A stretch of DNA of 63,751 nucleotides, the filler included, from Thraustochytrium aureum (lineage: Eukaryota), in assembly GCA_012862495.1 (NCBI GenBank). It is 4 parts of 3 records of this genome, joined end to end, with 100 filler letters (N's around TTAATTAATTAA, not from the genome) between each part and the next. Parts side by side here need not be neighbours in the genome. Positions count along the whole stretch, not along the records: positions 5,752 to 35,452 come from BLSG01000103.1; 3 more parts are not named here. One strand, given 5' to 3'. This document shows, in pieces, positions 12,037 through 21,800 of this stretch (its first letter is position 1; every line of letters begins with the position of its first letter). Both the position numbers and the translations under genes were made by a program. Below the pieces are notes generated by a model that did not search any database, was not told where the DNA came from, and saw only the letters and a program-made list of their open reading frames with translations.

Positions 12037-12403
12037 NNNNNNNNNNNNNNNNNNNNNNNNNNNNNNNNNNNNNNNNNNNNNNNNNNNNNNNNNNNNNNNN
12101 NNNNNNNNNNNNNNNNNNNNNNNNNNNNNNNNNNNNNNNNNNNNNNNNNNNNNNNNNNNNNNNNNNNNNNNNNNNNNNNNNNNNNNNNNNNNNNNNNNNN
12201 NNNAGGTAGCCGACCCGTCGGGCCCCCGCCCGCCCGCGTACGTATGCATAATTATGTTAGCCAATAGATACTTTGCAGGAGATTCTATCGCGACAAGCGG
12301 CGCTGATTCGCCGAACCGCGCGAGGTCGCAGCCCAAAGCCTATTCGGTCACGCCACAACGGGCTCACACCCCACTCGGACTCGTGCTTCCACTTTCGGCC
12401 GCC

Positions 12404-14224
12404 TCATGCCACGATCGGGCTCGGCTTCTCCTCCATCTCGCACGACCACATAATGACCGCGTGGCTCTCCTCCACCGACTGCGACACAATCGGGAACTGG
12501 CGAGGCTCGGCGGCCATGATGCCGTTAAAGTTGGTGGCTCCGGCCACGGTGTAGGCGCCAAAGTTGGGGAACAGCAGCCAGTCGCCAACGTCCATGTTGC
12601 TAGGCAGCATGACGTTCTTGTACACGCAGTCCATCGAGTCGCACGTGGGCCCGTACACATTGGAGCGCGTGAGCGAGAGCTCGCCGTCGTCACTCGTGGC
12701 TCCTGCTGGCGGCGCGTCAAGCGGGTTGGAGAGAAGCCAAGCCCGCGGGCGCGCCCCGTCGTAGAGCACCGCGTTGAACGAGCCGTAAAGCCCGTCGCTG
12801 ATCAGGTAGTCGACAAACTCGTTGCCGCTCTCCGGGTCGATGCGCGTGCGGTACGAGTGCACGACGCAGGCGAGCGAGCTCGAGCCCTCCGCAAAGTAAC
12901 GGCCGGGTTCGCTGATCACTTGCACGTTGGGGAAGGGCGACGAGGGCCCGAAAAATTCGTCCAGGGCGCGGTTGATGCTGACAGGGATGTCCCCGAGCAT
13001 GCTCAGCACGCGGCCGTGCGAGTCAAAGCGCCCCACGAACCCGCCTCCAATGTCCAGCAGGCGCATGCCGGCATGGCCCTGCGCGACGGCCATGTCGAAG
13101 GCGACGCGCGACTCCTTGATGGCGTTGTAGAACGCGCTCGCGTTCTTGGCCATGCTGCCCACATGGAAGCTGACGCCCACGACGTGCAGGCCGAGCTCGG
13201 CGGCGTGGGCGAGGAGGCCCTCATACTCGTTGCGCATGGCGCCAAACTTGACGCCGAAGGCGATGGCGGCGCCAGGGTCGTCAGCGCGGATGCGCAACAC
13301 CAGCTCGCAGTTCTTGTGCGACTTGGCGATCTTGCGCAGCTCGACGAGCGAGTCAAACGTGGCGAGCGGGACCTTCTTCTCCGCCGCAAACCGCAGGTCG
13401 GCGGGCGCCTTGCTGGGGTGGGCGTAGATGATGCGCTCCGGGCCGACGCCCGCGTCGAGCACGAGGCGGATCTCGGTGGCGCTCGCGCAGTCAAACCCGC
13501 ACCCGTTGGCAGCGAGGAGCCGGATAACGGACGGGTCCGGGTTGCACTTGACGGCGTAGTGCGGCGTGACGCGAGGAAGCGCGCGGCGCCACGCGTCGTG
13601 CAGACGCTGGACGTTGCCAAGGTCGACGAACCAGAACGTGTCGTCCAGGTTGTGCTCGCGGATGACCTCGGCAGCGAGAGCCTTGATGGCGATGGCGGAT
13701 CCGTTCTCCACGGGACGGGCGTTCAGGTCCTTGCAGACTTTCTTGGCGGCTTCAGGCATGCTGAGAGCGTTGCACACCGCGTCCAGGGTGAGTACCACCT
13801 CGTTCTCGTCCTCCACCTGCACGCAATCTTCCTCGGTGTCGAACACGTTCTCCATCAGCTTCTCGTGCAGGACCTCGAACTTGGACTCGTCCTTGAACAC
13901 ATCGTAGGCCTCGTCGAGGAGGTCTTGCGGGGGGGCTTCCAGCGAGTCGGAGCGAGTGCGGAAGGCGTCAATCGTGGCGGCGACGTTTTCGTTCCCGTCG
14001 AGGTCCTCCGTCTCGACGTGCGCGAGCACGATGCCCTGAAAGTCCGAGTCAGGCACGCCGTGCACGGCGTACGCGTCCGTCTCAATGGCGGGATCCACGA
14101 ACCACAGCGAGTTTCGCTCTTCCTCGCCCAGCTCCTCCAGCGCCTTGATCGCATCGGCGCCGTCCTCCTCCTCGTTGGCCTGGACCACCACGTCCTTCTC
14201 GTTCACATCCTGAGTGTCCGCCAT
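12404..14224 (-). CDS. ODC1: Ornithine decarboxylase (fold-type III PLP enzyme) with a long acidic N-terminal extension
   Basis: PHYAVKCNPD, GFDCAS, KFGA, SFHVGS, LDIGGGF, EPGRYF, DGLYGSFNAVLYD, GPTCDSMD and GAYT are all intact. First ATG at 14224. Confidence 0.95.
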   Translation of the reverse strand: MADTQDVNEKDVVVQANEEEDGADAIKALEELGEEERNSLWFVDPAIETDAYAVHGVPDSDFQGIVLAHVETEDLDGNENVAATIDAFRTRSDSLEAPPQDLLDEAYDVFKDESKFEVLHEKLMENVFDTEEDCVQVEDENEVVLTLDAVCNALSMPEAAKKVCKDLNARPVENGSAIAIKALAAEVIREHNLDDTFWFVDLGNVQRLHDAWRRALPRVTPHYAVKCNPDPSVIRLLAANGCGFDCASATEIRLVLDAGVGPERIIYAHPSKAPADLRFAAEKKVPLATFDSLVELRKIAKSHKNCELVLRIRADDPGAAIAFGVKFGAMRNEYEGLLAHAAELGLHVVGVSFHVGSMAKNASAFYNAIKESRVAFDMAVAQGHAGMRLLDIGGGFVGRFDSHGRVLSMLGDIPVSINRALDEFFGPSSPFPNVQVISEPGRYFAEGSSSLACVVHSYRTRIDPESGNEFVDYLISDGLYGSFNAVLYDGARPRAWLLSNPLDAPPAGATSDDGELSLTRSNVYGPTCDSMDCVYKNVMLPSNMDVGDWLLFPNFGAYTVAGATNFNGIMAAEPRQFPIVSQSVEESHAVIMWSCEMEEKPSPIVA

Positions 14225-14285
14225 CCAGTCGCGCCTCTCGCGTGCCGTTCGCCTCCTCGCTCGCCGACCCCGCCTCCTCGCCGAC

Positions 14286-14579
14286 CTACTCGAGCGCGCT
14301 TTTCGAAGGGCTCCTGCGCGTCTCGCGTTGCGGCTCTGCGTGTTGGCAACCTCCCGCCCTGGGCTTCTTCTCTCTCCTGCGGGCCTGCGGGCCTGCGGGT
14401 CTGTGGGCGTGCTCGAGCACCGCCGTCCAATCCGCCTTAGCGTGCCCCCGGCTCCTGGCCCACCCTCTCGGGGGACTCCCGGGAAATAAATCACGATTCG
14501 CGTTACAACTGACGGGTCCAAAAGGTCGAGGACACTTTCTCGGGGAAAAGCGAGGTTTTTGGATCGGCGCCGGGAGAAT
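14286..14579 (-). promoter_or_regulatory. Candidate regulatory uORF in the ODC leader (possible AUU start 14579; in-frame AUG at 14699; stop 14286-14288)
   Basis: Frame reads ILPAPIQKPRFSPRKCPRPFGPVSC...SPPRGW...HAEP...SPS and stops about 60 nt before the ODC AUG. RPFGPVS resembles RLFGPLS of the AZIN1/ODC uCC peptide (compared from memory). Confidence 0.45.
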
Positions 14580-16420
14580 GCCCGCGGCCCACCAGGCTCG
14601 CTCGTGCGGGGCGCTCAGCTTCGAGGAACAGCGGCTGTTCGGCGCGGTTAAGGCGCTCGCTCCGCTGGCAGGCTGACTGGTTGGCGAGGGATTTTTCATT
14701 TGCGCGAGTACCGGTGCGGGCTTCCTGCTTGTGCGCGCGCGCGAGGGCAAGAGCTCGTCTGCCGAGATGGGTAAGTAAGTATGTACCGGTACTCCTCTGC
14801 AGAGTTCTGCTCTGACTGACATCATCATGAGGCTGGACGAGCACAGGCTGGACGAGAACGAGAATGGGCTCACTCGCGCTCACGAATCAAGCAACCGATG
14901 AATCCATCAGATGAATCCATCAGGCGAATCAATCTAAATAAATAAATAAATAAACCAGTCAAGGGCGACCTACCTGTTACTCGACGCCCAGTGCGCGGTC
15001 CCTGAAGACCTGTTGACACAAGGCTGTTCGCACGAGTTGGACTCGAAGGCAAGCAGCGCTGGTTCTCCCACAACGAAGAACCGCATGCACCACAGTCGGC
15101 CTGCCCGTTCGTTCGACCGATGTTTACTGTACGGCGTCACCGCCGTCGACACGAGCCCATCGGCCCTTCACACTCGTTGTTTCTCTTCGGTTTGCTGCTC
15201 GTGCCGCCGTCGCGCAGCTTTCCTTGCTGTGCCCTCGCTCGCTTCGCGCAGCTGGAGACAGAATCCAACCTCCACACCTCGTTGCCGATGCGAGGGGGGA
15301 TGCCGCTGCGCAGACTTTCAGCAACGGCAGGCCCTTCCGGTGTCATCTACTGTTGCCAGATCTGCAATTTGCAAGGACAGGAGGATCCACCCCGTGGCCT
15401 GGGCGTGGGCGTGTCAAGGATAGCGTCGGTGGTGGAGGCACGCGTTGGGAGGAGACCCGGAAGTGAGCTTATTGCGGCACGCTGGATCCAGAGCTTGGGA
15501 CGCATGCCGGTGGCACGCAGGTGACTCGCGCACCCGGCAAGCGACGTCTGCGACCGTTCATTGGCTAGAGGTTGCTCTGCGGACGCGGAACTGGGAACCA
15601 CACAACCAAACGGAACATAACGATGACAAGACCGTTCTGAGTAGGCTCCCGCTTCTCCGGCCCGGCCCGCCTTGCGCAGCCGAGCTGTTGCCCTGAGCTC
15701 CTGAGCTGCTCGAGTACGCTCGAGTTCATCACAATCGGGAGCCCTTGCGGTCGCTCGCCCGACGCTCCCCACCAAGGGTCATCGTTGGTTCGAGCACGTC
15801 GTGGTCTGCCCCGCTTCCTTGCTCGCCGACGCACCGCCGTCAATCGCTGTTGCTCATCGGAGCGCGCTTGCCGTTGTTTTCTGAACTGGTCAAGGGTTCG
15901 AGGAGCTCGCACCTCGGTGCCCAACGGTACTCCTTTTTCGAGGACAGTAACGGCCCAGCTCAGGCGTGCGGGCTTGTTCTCAAGCAGCAAGCGGGGCGTC
16001 GAGGGAGAGGCATAAGCCTAAGGTACACATTCTGCGTGCGCGTGCTGGGTGGCCGTCACCCGGCCGTTGTACACTTGGTCATCAGTCAGCTGCTGATTGT
16101 TGACCTACCCCACTCACGAAAAAACTCGCCTGGAGATGCCAGCCCGCGTCTTCGTGCGCGCTGCTGGCGGCGACCCTCCGTGACAGAACTTGACTAGTAC
16201 TAATAGGAGAAGGCTGCCGCGGCCGTTTCAGGACGGACGTGCCCAGCCGTTTGGGAAACCGAGATCTGGCACAAGCGACTTCACAGCGCTCCAGCAGACT
16301 GCAATTCATCCATCAACGGCTTGCAGCAGAGCAGCAGCAGCAGCAGCAGCACCAACAAAGGCAAGTCGCACCGCGCGTGGAGGCGAGGCCTCAATTGCGA
16401 CGCAGCGCAAAAACGGGAAA

Positions 16421-19400
16421 ATGGGCGGCTGGTGGCGGGCCCTTGGCGCGCTGGCGGTGCTGGTCACAAAGGTTGCGGCTGCGTCGGCGAGCCCAGATGT
16501 GAGCGAAATGGCTTTAGTGCGCACGATACAAGCTGCAGAGCATGGCTCCGTTTTGTCGCTAGCGCTCGTCGTCCTCGAAGACGCCAAAGTGCTGCTTGCT
16601 TCCGCGTTCTCGGACAACACGGTGCGTGTCTGGGACCCTGCGACCGGGGCGCACATACACACGCTTTCTGGCCACACCAGAACCGTCTACTCTGTCGCAA
16701 CTCTGGTTCTCGAGGACGGGTCAGTCCTGCTGGCTTCAGGGTCCGAAGACACGACTATTCGCACCTGGAACCCGGCGACTGGTGCGCAGCTAGACAAGTT
16801 GGAGGGCCACACAAACTGGATCCGCGCCGTCACATCCGTGGTTCAAGAAGATGGCACGGCCCGGCTCGCTTCCGCGTCTCGGGACGAGACCTTGCGCCTC
16901 TGGGATCCCAAGTCAGGCACCGAGGTTTTCAGGCTCAAAGGGCACAGCGACACGCTCACATCGGTAGCACCTGTGGTTCTCCAGGACGGCACCGTGCGCC
17001 TGGCTTCGGGGTCCAGAGACCGGACGATACGTCTTTGGAACCTGGACACCAGGGCGACCGTGCATACCCTCCGGGGCCACAATGATGTTGTTGTCAGCCT
17101 TGCGCAGGTTCCGCTAAGCAGCGGGGCCGTGCTCTTGGCTTCCGCGTCCCATGACAACACGGTGCGAATTTGGGACCCGGCAACTGGACAACTGCAACGC
17201 ACGCTCGAGGGCCACACCAATGCCGTCCGCGCTACTGCTCCTGTGGTGCTAAAGAACGGAACGGTCCTGCTCGCTTCCGGGTCCGACGACAAGTCAGTTC
17301 GCTTATGGAACCCGGAAACAGGCGCGCTCGTGCGCACACTTGAAAGACATACTGACGTCGTCACGTCTGTCGCATCTGTGGAGCTGCAGGACGGCCGGTG
17401 TTGCTGGCCACCGGGTCCTGGGACAATAAAGTGCACCTCTGGGACCCGGCGACTGGCTTGGTTCAGCGCACGCTTGGCCCGAGAGTGTTCGCTGTAGCAA
17501 CGGTTACAATGCAGGATGGCGCGGTGTTGCTGGCCTCCGTGTCAGAGATCACTTCGCAAGAAGATGGCCATGCGATCAAGCTGTGGAACCCGCTGAGCGG
17601 GACGTTGACCCGCAAGCTCTCTGGGCATACTGAAAATGTGCACACCATCGCACCCGTCGTGCTCCAGGACGGCACTGCTCTGCTAGCTTCCGGGTCGGCC
17701 GACAACACCGTTCGTCTCTGGAACCCGTCCTCGAGCTCGATCGCTCTGCGAACACTCGAGGGGCATACCGCCACTGTTGTTTCTGTCGCGCAAGTGGTGC
17801 TCAAGGGCGGCAAAGTCTTGCTGGCCTCTGGGTCTGCGGACACGACAGTCCGCCTCTGGAATCCGCAAACTGGCGCGCTTGAACGCATCCTCTTGGGGCA
17901 CACCGAAGGTATCGTTTCTGTTGCGCCTGTCGTGCTGCAAGATGGCACAGTGCTTCTGGCCTCCGGCTCAGCGGACATGACGGTCCACCTTTGGGAGCCA
18001 GAGACGGGCGCCCTCTTGCGCGTCCTCACCGGACACACAAACGAGGTCGTTTCCGTTGCCCCTCTCGTGCTGCAAGACGGCACGGTGCTTTTGGCCTCCG
18101 GATCCAAGGACGCGACCGTGCGCCTGTGGGATCCAGCGACAGGCGCTCTCGTACGGACGCTGAACGACCACTNNNNNNNNNNNNNNNNNNNNNNNNNNNN
18201 NNNNNNNNNNNNNNNNNNNNNNNNNNNNNNNNNNNNNNNNNNNNNNNNNNNNNNNNNNNNNNNNNNNNNNNNNNNNNNNNNNNNNNNNNNNNNNNNNNNN
18301 NNNNNNNNNNNNNNNNNNNNNNNNNNNNNNNNNNNNNNNNNNNNNNNNNNNNNNNNNNNNNNNNNNNNNNNNNNNNNNNNNNNNNNNNNNNNNNNNNNNN
18401 NNNNNNNNNNNNNNNNNNNNNNNNNNNNNNNNNNNNNNNNNNNNNNCGGTTCGCTTTTGGGACCCCAGCCCGACAGCGCATGTGCGCAGCTTCGACGTCC
18501 ATACAGGGCCGATTGTCGCCGTCGCACCCGTCCTCCTTCAAAACGGTGAGACGCTGCTGGCAACTGGAGCTCGAGACAACACCGTGCAGCTTTCGGATCC
18601 AGCAACTGGCGCGCTCGTTCGTACGCTCGAGGGTCACACCAACTCTGTTCGCTCCGTCGCTGCGGTGGTGCTCAAGGGAGGCACGGTGCTTTTGGCTTCA
18701 GGCTCTGCAGACAGGAATGTGCGGCTGTGGAACCCGGCAACGGGCTCGGAGGTGCTCACACTTCAGGGCCATAGCGACCGCATCACCTCTGTCACACCTG
18801 TGGTGCTGCAGGATGGCTCGGTGCTCCTGGCTTCCGGGTCTCGAGACAAGACCGTCCGCGTTTGGAATCCGGAAAACGGGGCGCTCGTGCGCGTCATCAC
18901 AGCCCAGCGGCCTGTAACAGCCATCGCTTCCGTGACGCTGCCGGATGGCACGGTGCTTCTGGCGTCGGGCGGTGACGATGGCGTGCAGCTTTGGGACCCG
19001 ACAACAGGACGACTTGTTCGCAAACTTGAGGGAGGGGAGGCCCCCTCCGTCTCCTGCATCTCACCTGTGGTCCTGCAAAACGGCACCGTGCTGCTTGCGT
19101 ACGGTACTTTTGACAATGTTGTGTACGTGTGCGACCCAGCCAGTGGAGCGCAGTTGCGCGCAATCGAGGGTCTTGCCAACGATGACGAGAGCGGGAACCT
19201 TCACTACGACGAGAGTTTGGACGGGCCCTTTGTTCGGACCGTGACCACCGTGACCCTGCAGGACGGAACGGTCCTACTGGCCACTGGGTCATCCAGCAAC
19301 ACGGTGCGCCTTACCGACCCGGCTTCCGGCGCGCACCAACGCACCCTCTTCGTTGACGACGTTTACTCCATTGCGTCCGTGGGTTTGCAGGACGGCACGG

Positions 19401-19917
19401 AGCTCCTGGCGTCAGCGTCAATTGGTACAGTGAGTCTCTGGGACCCGAACCCGACTTCAGCAAGCCCCACGGCGAGCCCAACAGCGAGCCCAACAGCGAG
19501 CCCAACAGCGAGCCCAACGGCGCCAAGCCTCGCGACGGCCAATCCGACAACGGCAAAGCCGACGATAGCAACCACGGCTAGCCCGTCGCTGGTTTCATCT
19601 GCCAACTATAGCGTGACGTGGCCTGCAGCGACATTTGTGGCCGAGGTCCACCACTCAGAGTCGTTCAAGGTCTTTATCGCATCGATCATCGCCGACGCAG
19701 CCAGCGTCCCGAAAGAACGCGTAAAACTATACAGTATCAGGAGCGGCAGCGTCGTCGTCGAATTCGGAGTTTCCGGGCTTGTGGGCAACCCCTCTCCAGA
19801 CTCGGTCGTGCTTCAGACGAAGCAGCTTGCACGTGAAAGGAACGCTGGCAAGCTTTTCGGGCTCGTTGAAGCACCCAGCGAGACGGCGGCCACCCCGCCC
19901 CTCCGTCGTCCGGCGAA
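16421..19917 (+). CDS. Signal peptide + about 21 WD40 repeats + (ASPT)5 stalk + SEA-like juxtamembrane segment; probable ectodomain of a receptor kinase
   Basis: N-terminus MGGWWRALGALAVLVTKVAAASA. 46-aa repeats GHTxxVxSVAPVVLQDGTVLLASGSxDxTVRLWxPxTG: 12 before the gap, about 2 in the gap, 7 after. One base missing at about 17395. SIRSGSVVVEF motif. Confidence 0.9.
19460..19519 (+). repeat. 12-bp coding tandem repeat (GCGAGCCCAACA) encoding (ASPT)5
   Basis: Read directly. Confidence 0.95.
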
Positions 19918-20208
19918 NNNNNNNNNNNNNNNNNNNNNNNNNNNNNNNNNNNNNNNNNNNNNNNNNNNNNNNNNNNNNNNNNNNNNNNNNNNNNNNNNNN
20001 NNNNNNNNNNNNNNNNNNNNNNNNNNNNNNNNNNNNNNNNNNNNNNNNNNNNNNNNNNNNNNNNNNNNNNNNNNNNNNNNNNNNNNNNNNNNNNNNNNNN
20101 NNNNNNNNNNNNNNNNNNNNNNNNNNNNNNNNNNNNNNNNNNNNNNNNNNNNNNNNNNNNNNNNNNNNNNNNNNNNNNNNNNNNNNNNNNNNNNNNNNNN
20201 NNNNNNNN

Positions 20209-21393
20209 CTGCCCGCAAGTCTAAGCCTGTCCGAGTTCGGAAGGCCAACCGCCTGGAGCGCTTCAACTGGGAGCACCGAAGGAAGCCTCAAGTCAGTAGA
20301 GTCACCTCGCAGCAGCTCGGGCTGCCAAGAGTCTGTGCTCCTCGCGATACACACTGCCCAAAGCCTCTCCGAGCTCGTCGACCAAGCCATCGAGCACTCG
20401 CCCGTGCGAGACGAGATTCTCAGAGTAGCTCAGCGAGCAGAGTCCTTCGCCTCAACTTCGAGGAGCGTGCAGCACGCGACGGAGCTGGATGAGATCGATG
20501 CTCTGATGACCGAGTTGGGCAACCTCGTTTCCCAGGTGGCCGAGATCGATGAGGAGAGTGCAAGCGCGAGCAGAAGCGCCCCGAAAAGCGAAATCTTCGA
20601 CCTTCACGAGATGATCTACGCCGCAACCGACAAGCGACGGCAGGACACCACAATGTTTACCTTGGTCAAGAAGATCAACGCAACGCTGGACCGGTGCGGG
20701 GCCGACCCGCCTAGACTACCCGCGGGTGCGCTGGAGGCAGGGAGCTCGAGCTTCGACCCGCACGCCATCAATGTTGAGTGCGCTCGCCGCGTAGCGCGCG
20801 CGTTTGCCGAGCACGACAGCACCGCCACCGAGAGCCAAGTCGTCGTTTCCACAGATGGCTCCCGCCCGCCAACAACGGCCTCAGTGGCTGACATCGTGCG
20901 CAAGGCTCGGCTCGATCAAAGCGAAAGCGCTCGGCTCGTGGTGGCAGGCTTCGAGGATGCCGACCCGGCCTCGCTGAGCCGCGCTCTGGACGACCTCGCT
21001 GCCAGTTCGACACTCCGCGTGACAAAGGACCGCGCCGACGTCAAGCTGGAGGACCTAGCGTTTGGGAATCTGCTTGGCCAGGGCGGGTTTGGCGTGGTTT
21101 TGCAAGCGACGTGGCGTGGGATGGACGTTGCAGTCAAGTTGATCGACGAGGCCGGAGCCGCCTCGCTGTCTGCCAGCGCGGTCCTCGAATTCTCCAGCGA
21201 ACTCGAGCGCTGGCGCCGCCTCAACCACGTCAACCTTGTGCGGCTCTTGGGGCACATGTTTGACCATGCCAAAGGGCAGTTTGGCTTTGTGATGGAGCGC
21301 TGCGACCGTTCGCTAAGCGACATGCTGTACAAAACGCAGGAGCCGATCGATCTCCCTGTGCTGGGGCGGGTCGGGACGGGCGTCGCCCGCGGT
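20209..21393 (+). CDS. Cytoplasmic region with a TKL-type protein kinase N-lobe, probably the same gene as the WD40 ectodomain (partial)
   Basis: Frame is open from the gap edge. LGQGGFGVV, WRGMDVAVK, EFSSELERWRRLNHVNLVRLLG and FVMERC are present. The catalytic loop is lost in the next gap. Confidence 0.88.
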
Positions 21394-21800
21394 NNNNNNN
21401 NNNNNNNNNNNNNNNNNNNNNNNNNNNNNNNNNNNNNNNNNNNNNNNNNNNNNNNNNNNNNNNNNNNNNNNNNNNNNNNNNNNNNNNNNNNNNNNNNNNN
21501 NNNNNNNNNNNNNNNNNNNNNNNNNNNNNNNNNNNNNNNNNNNNNNNNNNNNNNNNNNNNNNNNNNNNNNNNNNNNNNNNNNNNNNNNNNNNNNNNNNNN
21601 NNNNNNNNNNNNNNNNNNNNNNNNNNNNNNNNNNNNNNNNNNNNNNNNNNNNNNNNNNNNNNNNNNNNNNNNNNNNNNNNNNNNNNNNNNNNNNNNNNNN
21701 NNNNNNNNNNNNNNNNNNNNNNNNNNNNNNNNNNNNNNNNNNNNNNNNNNNNNNNNNNNNNNNNNNNNNNNNNNNNNNNNNNNNNNNNNNNNNNNNNNNN

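Noticed and set aside
14350..14365. PPW motif near ODC (GNLPPWAS)
   Set aside because: It is on the + strand, antisense to ODC, so it cannot be the uCC pause motif.
10463..14440. 1325-aa ORF as one fusion protein
   Set aside because: It reads through an N gap, and its second half is the antisense shadow of ODC.
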